Assembly (NCBI RefSeq): GCF_963921235.1
Contig: NC_086107.1
Span: forward strand, 102,984,001-103,048,000
Reading direction: 5' to 3'
DNA: 64,000 bases
Source of the DNA: Mobula hypostoma
Taxonomy: Eukaryota
A program made the translations under genes and the position numbers. Of this stretch, positions 51,364-63,219 are shown in pieces (position 1 is the stretch's first letter; every line of letters begins with the position of its first letter). The notes under the pieces are model-generated. The model saw only the letters and a list, made by a program, of their open reading frames with translations. It did no database searches and was not told the DNA's origin.

Positions 51364-53441
51364 GATGTTCATCAGGTTGTGAAGTGGGGTCCTGACGCAG
51401 AATGTTGATTGACTCTAGATACTGAGATCTACATTGGTGTCGGGAAGAAGGTTTATTAGAATCCTACTGTCCTTTCCTTCAGCACTTTCAATCTGGGATT
51501 GCTTGATTATGGATGTCCTGGGTAGAGGCTGCATTTATGGCTCATCGTGAGCTTCCCTAAGAAGTCTGTGGCAGTAAAAAGTCGACTGTATTTGGGCGAC
51601 ACTGGAGTCAGGCAGAATATCCAGGAATCAGGCCCTTTGGTTTTGTTCACTTATACAGTCAAGTTTTTCCGCATTTCTCCACAGCTGAGCAAATCATATT
51701 TCTTCCACGTGCCTATACTTGTTGAAAGCTCTGTTTGAATCTGTTTCTTGAAAGCAAAGTATTTAAAGGCCTCATTATTCCCTACATTCTCCTTATTCTT
51801 GGGCCCTCAGCTCCTCAGTGGAGCATCGGCCATCGATGACCTCCCATCTCCATCATCCTCTGAAGTCGATGGTATGGTTGGAGATCATCAACGCTTCTGT
51901 AATCCATCGCATCCACTGTATGGGGGACTGGCCTGTACGGCTTCACCAGAGCCCTGTTTGCTGGCTTTACCCATTTCCACCTCATGATGGGGATGTAGGG
52001 TTGGACTTACAGGGCCCATTATTCTCTACGCAAGCAGGTAAAAAGAGAATTCTTCAAATTCCACATTTTTGTTTTTTGACCATTATTTTGCTCCTATGGT
52101 CCAACAAATGCATGCTAATGTGAGCAACCTTTCTCTATTCATCCTATCCAGGCACAAAAGGGTCCTGGTGACCTCAGTCAAATCTCCCCGAGCCTTTGCT
52201 TTAAGGACATTAAGCTCAATATCTCCAACCTAACCTTGAGCAGAGACAAAAAAATTTTATTTACATAGGACATGGGTGAATGAGTTGGCATTTCATGACA
52301 GAGAGACTACATAGTTATTCCACCAACTTTTAATTTTTAGAATGAAAAAAATCAAATTCACAAACTCTCTTCTTGGATTTGAATCATTTTTCTTGTATGG
52401 TCCAGTAATCCGATAACTTTTACCTCTTGCAATAAACGTTAACAAGCCATTTGCCTTCCTAATTGTGAGGTGTATCTATTTGTTGACTGTGATTTCGTGT
52501 ACAATGTCACTCAAGTCCTCTGTAACAAAATACCTCATAAATACTGAGCTTTTCTGCTTTTTTCACTCATTTTGGAAGGTAGTAATGGCAAGTCAATAGT
52601 GGATTTATTCTCTGCTGTCTCCAGTTAGCTCTGCATATTGTTCTTGGATACTTGCCTACCATTTTTATCAAAGTTCAAAGTACATTTATTACCCAAAGTA
52701 TGTGTACATTATGCAACCTTAAGATTCTTCTTTCTATGGGAAGCCACAAAACAAAGAAACCCCAAAAGAACCCATTTAGAAAAGAAAGAAGGCTGTCAAG
52801 CACCCAATGTGCAGAGAGAAAAATAAATCATAAATAAATAATAGAAGTTATGAAATAGCATTCAGAACTGAAGTTTTACCAAAGACATGAAGCCAGGCAC
52901 TACTGCAGCCGGAGCAATTCACAGCCTCATTTCAGTGCAGAGATGAGTAAACGTTTTGGAGCAGTGATCAGAACTAGGCAGAACCTGCCCGCTTCTCACT
53001 CTTGAACCGCTATTGGGCCTGGACCCCACCACCGCAATTTGGCCCAAATTTGACCATTCCAATTAGTCCCAGGGCTTAAATCATCGGGTCATTCCTTGCT
53101 CTCGGGCATGCCTCGATTCTGCGTTGACCCCGCTTCCGCTGGCCTTGATCATGCCTCACCTCCGCCTCTGCTCGCCTCTCCACTGTTAATGGTGATAGTT
53201 ATTAATAACATGTTTAGTAGTTTTCTTTGTGATGTTTGCCACCGATAAGCAGTCTCCGGGCTTCACCAGTGTCATCTTAAACCAGAAACTATCGAGTTGT
53301 AACACATTTGATAGAACATCCATGGGACGTTCATTGCCAGGCTAGATTGCAACCTTAATCAACCACTTTCTAGACTTCGCAGTGCAATTAAAGATGCCTT
53401 TCTGAGGACTGTTCATGACGTATTGTTTTCATATGTTGCAG

Positions 53442-53581
53442 CAAGCCCTGAGCCATGGGGTCCGGAGGTACCATCTCTCCGCTGTGTGTTGGCGGGCCAA
53501 AATAGCCATGAGTCGCTTCGAGCCCAGTGAGTACGTCAATTATGAGTTGCTGCGGAAAAACGTTGACATCGTTCACAAAAG
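53442..53581 (+). CDS. ACO2: ACO2 exon 2: [46 protein letters not shown](R)
   Basis: Acceptor TTGCAG|CAA and donor AAAG|GTAAAG, 140 nt. [11 protein letters not shown] matches the start of mature aconitase (human RAKVAMSHFEP). Phases are consistent with exons 1 and 3. Confidence 0.93.
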
Positions 53582-54034
53582 GTAAAGAGGAAGTACCTTC
53601 AGATGTTTGAAGGGATTGGCTAGAATGTTAAGCTTCAGCTGTGTGGATAACATGATGTGCTCAAGATTGAGAGAGGTACTATCTAGAGCAGAAACATGGA
53701 TCTATTAGCACCAAGTGGCCTTTCCTGTGTTATAAATGATATTATGCTTCAGTAAATCACCAACACGAGAAAGTCTGCAAGTGCTGGAAGTCCAAAGCAA
53801 CCCACAGAGAATGTCACCTGACCTGCTGAGTTCCTCCAGCATTCTGTGTTTATATTTAGTATTCCAGCAGTTTTAGATGTGGGATATCAAAGCTTATTTT
53901 CCAGTGCATTCCTACACCTTCTGCCTTGTGCACTTTTCCATTTTTCAGCCATGATGAAATGGTGGAGTAGATTCGATGGGCCAAATGGCCTAATGCTACT
54001 CTTACATCTTATGGTCTTATTTGTAGCTGTATAC

Positions 54035-54119
54035 CCGGACCCCACGGCTCAGGGCTTGCTGCAATGTGTGAAAGCAATACATAATGGCTAATCCACAAAA
54101 AGGCATCTTTGATTGCACT
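54035..54119 (-). repeat. Inverted duplicate of the ACO2 intron1/exon2 junction (53381-53465)
   Basis: The reverse complement aligns without gaps to 53381-53465 with 71/85 identities by manual count. Confidence 0.9.
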
Positions 54120-54934
54120 TGTGTCCAGCCATTTGCAATGCACCCAGCCCCTGAGCTCCTGCACATCATTGAGAACGGGATCTTTCGCTGTATATTGCCT
54201 CTCCTCATTCTTCCTGCCAAAATGCGTCACCTCACGTCTCTGTGCATTAATTTTTATCTAGCAAGTGCCTGCCCATTGTAGCAGATTGAATTATTTACTA
54301 TTGCAATCTTGTCCTCAAAGCTAAGATGCGTGAAGTTCACAATTGCGCTATGTTTTGAGTCATCTGAAAATTTAGATATTGTGGCTTGCACCCTCCACCC
54401 CACCACCCACAACCAGGTCAATGCATAGAATAAGGAAGTCCAAAGACTTGGCAAAAAAGCAATAAGGCCGTGGAGAAAGACGTACTTCCCTGGGGCAAGC
54501 CAAAGTAAACATTCCAAGTCCTACCTAGCTGGGCACCTTAAGAGGTGACTGAGACATGTGCAATTCTGTGCTTTATCAATAGACACATGGAGTATAAAAG
54601 TAGGGAATTTATGAAAAAGCTTTATAAATCATGATATAGTCTTGGCTGGAGTATTGTGTTCATTTCTGATTACATAAGGCCGATGTTGGAGAGAATACTG
54701 AAAATAGCTCATGGGATGAGGAACTACAGGTACAAGGATAGATTAGCGGTGCTGGGACATATTTTTGGAGAAGCATAGGCTACAGAGAGATTTGATTAAA
54801 ATAGATAAAATAATGATGGGTCAGAACAGTCAGCAGATGTGGTGCAAGTGAGTTCTGTTGTGGCCTTTGAGGAACTGCATAAATATATGTGAAGAAGAAA
54901 AATCAAAACTATGGGAAAAGGTTAGCGGGGAGGT

Positions 54935-55428
54935 TCTTGGCAACTTTTTCTACAGGAGTGGTTTGTCATTGCCTGCTTCTGGTGGTGTCTTTACAAGACG
55001 GGTGACCCCAGCCATTATCAATACTCTTCAGAGATTGCCTGGCATCAATGGTCACATAACCAGGATTTGTGATGTGCACCAGCCGCACACACGATCATAC
55101 ACCACCTGCTCCCATGTGATGCTGATCGGGGGACTAAGCGGATGCTACACCTTGCCCAAGGGTGACCTGCAGGCTAGTGGAGGGAAGGAGAGCCTTGCAC
55201 CTCCTTTGGTAGAGACATGTCTCCACCCTGCCTCCCAAAGCATAACCAGGATTTGTGAATGCACCAGCTGCTCATATGACCATCCACCACCTGCTTCAAT
55301 GGCTTCACGTGACCCTGGTCAGGGGCGTGGGGGGCTAAGAAGGTGCTACACCTTGCCCAAGGGTGACCTGCAGGCTAGCGGAGAGGAGTGTCTTACACCT
55401 CCTTTGGTAGAGGCGTATCTCCACTCTA
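54935..55428. repeat. Interspersed repeat with tandemly duplicated terminal unit
   Basis: The unit CATAACCAGGATTTGTGA...CACCTTGCCCAAGGGTGACCTGCAGGCTAG...CCTTTGGTAGAG...TCTCCAC occurs twice (~55055-55228 and ~55241-55424). Same family as 46010-46365. Confidence 0.75.
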
Positions 55429-55762
55429 ACGCCCTGATAAACACATTACACTGTAATTTATACCCGCACGTCGCTGACAGTGTAGAGTCAACAGTTTTTG
55501 TCATGGATAAAGATCAGGCAGTTATAATGGCAGTAGATAATAACTTAATTGAAAATGCAGACTGAAAGTTAATTCTCAAACTTTGTCTTGCGTTGCTGTT
55601 TTTGCAAAATAATGAGGGATTATCTTGAGTATTGTGTGAAGATAAGATATGCAGCTATATTGTAAATACAAAACATTTTATTTCTTTCCATACAATTTTT
55701 TTTGAGATGGTTTTTCATATTTATGGCATATTTGTAACATTCGGTCTTGTCGTCTCTGTTAG

Positions 55763-56021
55763 GTTGGACAAACCCTTGACACTTTCAGAGAAGATTGTTT
55801 ATGGTCACTTAGAGGATCCTGTTAACCAAGCGATAGGTCGCGGGAAAACCTACCTGCGCCTCCGTCCTGATCGGGTGGCGATGCAAGATGCCACTGCCCA
55901 GATGGCCATGCTTCAGTTCATCAGCAGTGGCTTGTCCCGGGTAGCAGTGCCATCTACAATCCACTGTGACCACTTAATTGAGGCTCAGGTCGGCGGAGAA
56001 AAGGATCTGGCAAGAGCCAAG
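55763..56021 (+). CDS. ACO2: ACO2 exon 3
   Basis: TTAG|G TTG GAC...GCC AAG|GTACT, 259 nt. [12 protein letters not shown]...[22 protein letters not shown]...[12 protein letters not shown] are aconitase motifs. Confidence 0.97.
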
Positions 56022-56390
56022 GTACTTTATTTAGACTTTAAGGCTTTTGATGCTTTGATGAGATGCTATGTAATTGAAAAATCCTCCTCTGCCCTAAGAA
56101 CAGCCTTGGGTATTGTGCCTATTTAAAAGAATACGGCTGCTTGCTTTTCTCTCTTGTCACTACTTCATTCTGTATCTTCAATTCAACTTCTTTTTCCCAA
56201 ACTCCTTTCTCATCTCTGATTGCTGTTGCTTCTATTCGTTTTTCTCTTCCGTGAAGAATGTATGCTTAAGTGATACTCCAAAAGCACTGTAATTATTGTC
56301 ACAAGCTGGTGAACCTATAAACCTGCTTTTCTCCACCTACACTCTCCCAAAGAGGGGTTACAAAATCAAAGACCAGTTTATTGTCAAATA

Positions 56391-56916
56391 CACTCAGTGG
56401 CCACTTTACTAGTTACAGCTGTGCAGTGCTTGTAATGCAATATCTTATCAACTGATCATGTGGCAGCAACTCAATGCATAAAAGCATGTAGACATGGTCA
56501 AGAAGTTCAGTTGTAGTTCAAGCCAAACATCAAAATGGGGAAGAACTGTGATCTAAGTGACTTTGACCATGGAAAGTGCTGATCTCCTGGGATTTTCACA
56601 CACATTAGTATCTAGAGTTTACAGAGAGTGGTGCAATAAGCAAAAAACATGCAGTGTGCGGCAGTTCTGTGGGTGAAAACACCTCATTAATGAGACAGGT
56701 CAGAGGGGAATGGCCAGATTGATTCAAGCAGACAGGAAGGTGACAGTAACTCAAATAATCATGCACTACAACAGTGATGTGCAGAAGAGCATCTCTGAAC
56801 GCACGGCGCGTTGAATCTTGAAGTGGATGGGCAAAATCAGCAGAAGATCACGAACATACACTCAGTGGCCATTTTATTAAGTACAGGAGGTACCTAATAA
56901 AGTGATCGCTTGAGTG
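56391..56916 (+). mobile_element. Tc1-like internally deleted element
   Basis: TA|CACTCAGTGGCCACTTTA ... TAAAGTGATCGCTTGAGTG|TA. Transposase HTH remnant MGKNCDLSDFD...ADLLGFSHTLVSRVYREW...RGMARLIQADRK. An extra internal copy of the left TIR is at ~56860. Confidence 0.8.
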
Positions 56917-56924
56917 TACACAAT

Positions 56925-58015
56925 GTAAAACTTGCAGCAACATTCAGAGACATGTAAACATAAAATATACACAGTTTTTATAAGAAAACACAATTTGAAC
57001 AAAGACAAGTTCATTTTAATCCAAAGTGGTCATTATGTTGCTGAAATGTAGTGGTGATTTGGCGGTTGGTTCAAGAACTGAATGGTTGAAGGGAAGTAGT
57101 TGTTCTTGAACGTGGTGGTATTGGACTGCTGTACCTACTGCCCAAAGGTAGCTGTTAAAAGATGGCATGGCCCTGATGGTAGGGTGCTTTGATGAAAGAT
57201 GTTGTCTTCTTGAGTGACGGAGGATGGGAGGTGACCTGATAGAGGTGTATAAGATGATGAGAGGCATTGATAATGTGGATAGTCAGTGGCTTTTTCCCAG
57301 GGCTGAAATGGCTAGCAATAGACAATAGGTGCAGGAGTAGGCTATTCAGCCCTTCGAGCCAGCACCGCCATTCACTGTGATCATGGCTGATCATCCACAA
57401 TCCCTTTTCCTGCCTTCTCCCCATATTCCTTCACTCCGCTATCTTTAAGAGCTCTATCTAACTCTTTTTTGAAAGAATCCAGAGAATTAGCCTCCACTGC
57501 CTTCTGAGGCAGAGCATTCCACAGAACCACAACCCTCTGGGTGAAAAAGATTTTCCTCAACTCCGTTCTAAATTGTCTACCCCTTATTCTTAAACTGCTA
57601 GAAACTATTTCTAGCACGAAAAGGCACAGTTTTTAGGTGCTTGGAAGCAGGTACAGAGGAGATGTCAGGGGTAAGTTTTTTTACGCAGAGAGTGGTGAGT
57701 GTATGGAATGGGCTGCCGGTGATGGTGGGGGAGGCGGATACAGTGGGGTCTTTTAAGAGGCTCCTGGACAGGTACATGGAGCTCAGAAAAATAGAGGGCT
57801 AGGGGTAACCCTCGGTAATTTCTAAGGTAAGGACATGTTCGACACAGCTTTGTGGGCTGAAGGGCCTGTATTGTGCTGTAGGTTTTCTATGTTTCTTGAG
57901 GCAGCACCTCCTGTAGATACTACTGGTGGTGGGGAAGGACATCCCAAGATGTACTCGGCAGGGTCGCTCTCTGCAGCTTCTTGCATCCTGCACATTAGAG
58001 TTGCCGTATAACGCC
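56925..58015. mobile_element. Three-level nest: Rex1-like (minus) > CR1 3' end (plus, 57215-57892) > CR1 3' end (minus, 57318-57610)
   Basis: TTCTTGAG is duplicated at 57207-57214 and 57893-57900, and CTAGCA at 57312-57317 and 57611-57616. Host sequences rejoin across both insertions. Confidence 0.75.
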
Positions 58016-58442
58016 ATTTAATTAACTCCCCCCCCCCGCCCCGCTGTTCCTGCAATTCCTTCTCATTCTCCCTCCTCCTCCCTCCCTTTAGCTTCACACC
58101 TGCCTTTCTCCTCCCCCTTTCTCCCTTGACTGCTTGGTCTCTACGATCTTTTTTTTGAGGCTTGTCATGGGCAATGCTAATAATATTTTCCACCCCAGCC
58201 CATTTATTCCTCTTTCAAAATCCTCCAAAATTACCAGTAATGTTTGTCAATAAACTGTGAAAGGGTCACACATCTGACAAGACTAAGTGTAACTAACGGA
58301 TTAATGATTCATTTGCCTCTTTCATCACCATCTTTGTGGTTGCATTGTTTCCACCACCTGGTCAAAGGCTTGAATTGAGCATCTGATTCGCCAAAGTGGC
58401 TTGTTTTCCATTCAGATCATTAATGTAATCTTTCCTTTGTAG

Positions 58443-58535
58443 GATCTGAATGAAGAAGTTTATAATTTCTTGGCAACGGCAGCTGCGAAGTATGGGGTCG
58501 GCTTTTGGAAACCTGGTTCTGGCATCATCCATCAG
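58443..58535 (+). CDS. ACO2: ACO2 exon 4: [31 protein letters not shown]
   Basis: Acceptor CTTTGTAG|GAT and donor CAG|GTAAAG, 93 nt. PGSGIIHQ aconitase motif. Confidence 0.97.
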
Positions 58536-59129
58536 GTAAAGAATGAAATCTCATTTCCAGCTCTCACTTTGAAGTCTGCCTTCACCTCCCTGTCCCCGGG
58601 GAGCAGCACATTAATTATCAGCTACTGTTTCCTATTGCACAAGCAAACAAAGCCTAAAGGACTCAGTGAGATTCATCTTTATTTTCCACTCTTTCCGAAC
58701 ATAACCATGAGCGGAACCGATGACAAAACAAATCCCACTTTGATTGAAATGCCTCCTCCCCACTCCAAACATAAAACAGCCAGCACGACACACCAGGGCA
58801 TTGCTGACTCTTGTACACACGTAAGCTACAGGCAGCCAGCACTTGGTCCTTACTAAATGCCGTTTTATAAAAGAGCATGTAGCTGTTACAGATTGGATGT
58901 TGTCACTGCAAGGCAAGACTGAATAGAGTGCATCAAAGGCATCTTTGATCTCAGCAGGTGAAAGGTGGCATCTACTCGGCAGTGTTGTCCCTGCCATCCC
59001 CTTTATTTAACAACTTCTCATTTATTCTTGCTACCCCTGGAGGCTGCACACAGGAGTTCTACTTTGCTTTGGCCTTGTGCCTTTGCAGAGCAATACCGAC
59101 CCAACTGGCTGTTTGTACCGTCTGTCTGT

Positions 59130-59580
59130 CTGTCTAGGTACCATATCCGATGCGGACTTTGGTGACCATGGTTTTCCATATAGATCTATCCTTTGTTTTT
59201 TGGGTGACTTCCATTTCCTCGATGTGTAGCCACCTGGCTATGCTTTTGTTGCACATAAGCCGAGGTCTTCCTCTAGGTTTGCTCCCCTCAATCTTTCCAG
59301 AGAGTATGAGTTTTTCTAGTTCATCTTTCTGCATGATGAGTCCGAGGAATCTGAGTTGTCTTTCTGTTATCCTGACGAAGGGTCTCGGCCCGAAACGTCG
59401 ACTGTACCTCTTCCTAGAGATGCTGCCTGGCCTGCTGTGCTCACCAGCAACTTTGATGTGTGTTGCTTGTCTTTCTCTAATTGTTGGTATGAGTGATCGA
59501 ACTGCTTGGGCTCTTCTGAGAACTTCTTCATTTGATGTGTGTGTGGTCTATGATATTTTTAACATTCTCCTGTAGAAGAT
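59130..59580 (-). mobile_element. RTE LINE 3' fragment interrupted by an HHR mini-element
   Basis: Removing 59366-59476 restores the minus-strand frame SNEEVLRRAQAVRSLIPTIRERQ|LRFLGLIMQKDELEKLILSGKIEGSKPRGRPR. Confidence 0.85.
59366..59466 (+). mobile_element. 101-bp Penelope-derived mini-element with hammerhead core
   Basis: CTGACGA-A-GGGT-CTCG-GCCC-GAAAC-GTC-GACT (59372-59403). Perfect 10-bp TSD TTGTCTTTCT (59356-59365, 59467-59476). Confidence 0.85.
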
Positions 59581-59991
59581 TGCATCAACTTCTAGAACTC
59601 AAATTTCAGTTTACCAAACTAAACATTTCCAATTACAGCCCTATGATGGTAAAACTATTTGCTGTTAAATGTTACGGCAAGGGACCCACTCATTCCCCAG
59701 TCGAACTGTGGTGTAGTGACCAAGAATGTCAGAGTACACACCAAATACTCCACTTTGCAAGGCTCTGGGGTGCAAGTGCACAGTCTGATCAGTTTAACAT
59801 TCAACTATTTGTTTTTATTAATAGAATATTTCAGCACTTTCATCTTGTACACAATCTGTAGAGTAATCCAGAAATGACTGGCAACACCTACTGAGCTGAG
59901 TGTGACAGCTCGAGCTTGCTTTTGTTTCTATCTGGAGTGACTTCATTTTCTTATCCTTCCATGTGATCCAATTACAATCAGGACCTGGCTT

Positions 59992-60667
59992 CCACGGCCT
60001 CCTCCACTGTAAAGATGAAGCCCACGGCCTCCTCTACTGTAAAGATGAAGCATGATCTCCCAGTGGCCACACATTTTAATTCCACATCCCATTCCCATTC
60101 TGATATCCACGGCCTCCTCTACTGTAAAGATGAAGCCACACTCAGGTTGGAGGACCAACACCTTATATTCCATCTGGGTAGCCTCCAACCTGATGGCATG
60201 AATATTGACTTCTCTAACTTCCACTAATGCCCCACCTCCCCCTCGTACCCCATCCGTTATTTATTTATATACACACATTCTTTTTCTCTCTCTCCTTTTT
60301 CTCCCTCTGTCCCCCTCACTATACCCCTTGCCTATCCTCTGGGCTTCCCCCCCCTCCCCCTTTTCCTTCTCTCTGGGCCTCCTGTCCCATGATCCCCTCA
60401 TATCCCTTTTGCCAATCAACTGTCCAGCTCTTGGCTCCATCCCTCCCGCTCCTGTCTTCTCCTATCATTTCGGATCTCCCCCTCCCCCTCCCACTTTCAA
60501 ATCTCTTACTAGCTCTTCTTTCAGTTAGTCCTGACGAAGCGTCTCGGCCCAAAACGTCGACTGTACCTCTTCCTAGAGATGCTGCCTGGCCTGCTGTGTT
60601 CACCAGCAACTTTGATGTGTGTTGCTTGAATTTCCAGCATCTGCAGATTTCCTCGTGTTTGCGTTCC
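59992..60667 (+). mobile_element. Penelope-like element 3' portion (GIY-YIG tail plus terminal repeat with mutated HHR)
   Basis: DLPVATHFNSTSHSHSDIHGLLYCKDEATLRLEDQHLIFHLGSLQPDGMNIDFSNFH*. HHR at 60527-60562 with GAAA changed to AAAA. Confidence 0.88.
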
Positions 60668-61807
60668 TATTCTCCCCTCGATCCAGTGAATCTTGCCCAA
60701 GTCTTGCCTGATCTGGCTTCATTGATTTTAATATCCTGAACGGCCAAAACGTTTCATTCATGTCAGTTTTGAGATTTTGAGTGAAGCGCAGACACACTTG
60801 TGCTTCCACAGGATTCTTGGCGTCCTGAAGAGTCTGCTCAGTTTGAAGGTAATGCTCTTTAACTCTAGCCAGCGGTAGTTTGGGTTTAGAGACTGAGAAA
60901 AGCAGCACGGTAGGTAGCACAGTGGTTAGCATAAGGCTATTACGATGACAGCCATAAGGTGGGTGTTCAATGCCCACCGTAGTCTGTAAGGAGCTTGAAC
61001 GTTTTTCCATTGACCACTTCGGTCTCCTCCAGGTTCTCCCACTTCCTCCCGCGTTCCAGAGTTGTGGCCCCTGGAAGTGCGGCGACAGTTGCGGGCTGTC
61101 CCTCCTAATCCTCGCTGATTTGATTTAGCGCTAACGGCACATTTCACAATACATTTGACAAATAAAGCTCATATTTCTGATCTTTATTTTCTTCCTAATG
61201 AAATTACAAAAAAAAACTCTTGCTGAGTCATTGTTTGGGTACTGTATGCAGTTTTGGGTAGCACATTATGAAAAATATTATCTTAAACTTCAAGAATGAA
61301 GGAGGCCTACTAGGTCGATACCACAAATGAGGGCTTATGTGAGTTTATGCTAGTTGAAGAGTTAATGGAAACTATTACAATGATCCAGGGCAGTTGTAGA
61401 ATTAACGGAGAGAGTTTTTTTGGGGGGTGGGGTGGAGTCTGTACTGTTAGCTTATGGTCTGTGCGATAGATTGAGCTCACAAGAAATTGTTTTCTTGCCG
61501 TCAGTGCTTGGGACCATGATGTTTACCTGTATAGATAACCAATGATTTCATATATGTGCAGCTTGCATGAGCTACAATAGAGAAATCACAAACATGAAAA
61601 AATCTTCTGCAACTTGTGTTTCTTTGGTTTTATGGTGTTGTTCAATAGTCCACCAGGACTCTAGCTTCATGTACTAAGATACAGGAAGGTGAGCTACTCT
61701 TTTAGAAATTCTTCGCAGTCTACTCCAATAATTTGCATGAGGAGACTAAACGTATCTATGTTCCCCAATGCCGGGTCATCCAATATTTCCATCCTGTCCT
61801 TGAAATC

Positions 61808-62187
61808 TAGAGCAACACACACAAACCGCTGGAGGAACTGAGCAGTCAGGCGGTGTTTATGGATGGGAATAAACAGTCAACGTTTCAGGCCGAGACCCTT
61901 CGTCTGGACTTGGGGTGGTATGGCAGTGTAATAGTTAGCACAGTGCTTTACAGTACCAGCGACCTGGGTTCAACTCCTGCCGCTGCCTGTTAGGAGTTTG
62001 TACGTTTTCCCCATTACCATGTGGGTTTCCTCTGGGTGCTCCAGTTTCCTCCCACAATTAGTTAGTCATTGATAGGTTAATTGGTCATTGGGAATTATCC
62101 CGTGATTAGGCAAGAGTTAAATCGGGTTGCTGGCGACGTGGCATGAAGGGCCAGAAGGGCCTGTTCCGCACTGTATCTTAATTAATA
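61808..62187. mobile_element. Penelope/HHR mini-element (minus, ~61808-61910) abutting a V-SINE (plus, 61911-62187); another V-SINE at ~60900-61170
   Basis: Minus AGTC-CAGACGA-A-GGGT-CTCG-GCCT-GAAAC-GTT-GACT (61875-61910). SINE head TGGCAGTGTAATAGTTAGCACAGTGCTTTACAG...GGGTTCAACTCC and the V-core. Confidence 0.7.
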
Positions 62188-63015
62188 ACTCGATGAAAGC
62201 TGAGTGGTAGTGTAAGTTCCGAGAGGACAGAGTGGGTAATAGGGAGATCGAGTGTATGTACAGGGACTTGACAGATGGAAGCTAGTCCAGAAGAGGTGAG
62301 ATCGTGTGGGTGCTGGGGAAGAAGTAGAAAAATGGTGTATTTAACAAATGGAGTGAAATTGGGAAACGTTATTGTTCAATGGGGCCTGCATGATTTTTTA
62401 AAAAATATAAATCACTGCAAGTTAAAGAGTAGAGAAAACAAGCGATTAGAAGGCAGATTGTACATTGGCTTTTACTACAAGAGGTGTTGAGTTCAAAGGC
62501 AATGAAGTCGCACTTCACCTCAAATACCAGATACTGCTCTGGTCTTCCTAACTAAAGATATACAGTGACAAAGGTTCACCAGGTTGATTCCTGAGTGGTT
62601 CTCCTACGACTAAGCAGACTAGGCCTTATCTCTGTGGTTTAGAAAAATGTGAGGTGATCAGATTGGGGATTGACAGGATAATTGCATGTTTCCTCAAGCT
62701 GGGACATTTAAAACCAGGGCCAAAGTCTCAAAATAAGTTATTAGTCACTCAGAACTGAAATAAGAAATTTCTCCACCAGAGGATAGTGTGTTTGTGAATG
62801 CTCAGTCACTGAACATATGGAGATTGAGGGAATCAAAGGATGTGGCGTTAGAATGAGAAAGTGGAGCTAATGGGTGAAAAAAATCGATGATTTTAGTCAA
62901 TGGGAGAATAGATAGGAATATCTGAACTGTCTGTTCCTGTCTCTACATCTGATCTTTTTCTTGTTTTCTGACATAAAACCAATTAGAAGTTTTACTGAGA
63001 AGCAGCCTCCAATGA

Positions 63016-63219
<204 letters not shown>

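Noticed and set aside
49879..51365. Several 100-150 aa Pro/Leu- or Gly/Arg-rich ORFs (also 60205-60739)
   Set aside because: Translations of the low-complexity Penelope terminal region on both strands.
54858..55565. 235-aa ORF with an internal repeat
   Set aside because: It spans a tandemly duplicated interspersed repeat in ACO2 intron 2 and has no recognisable protein motif.
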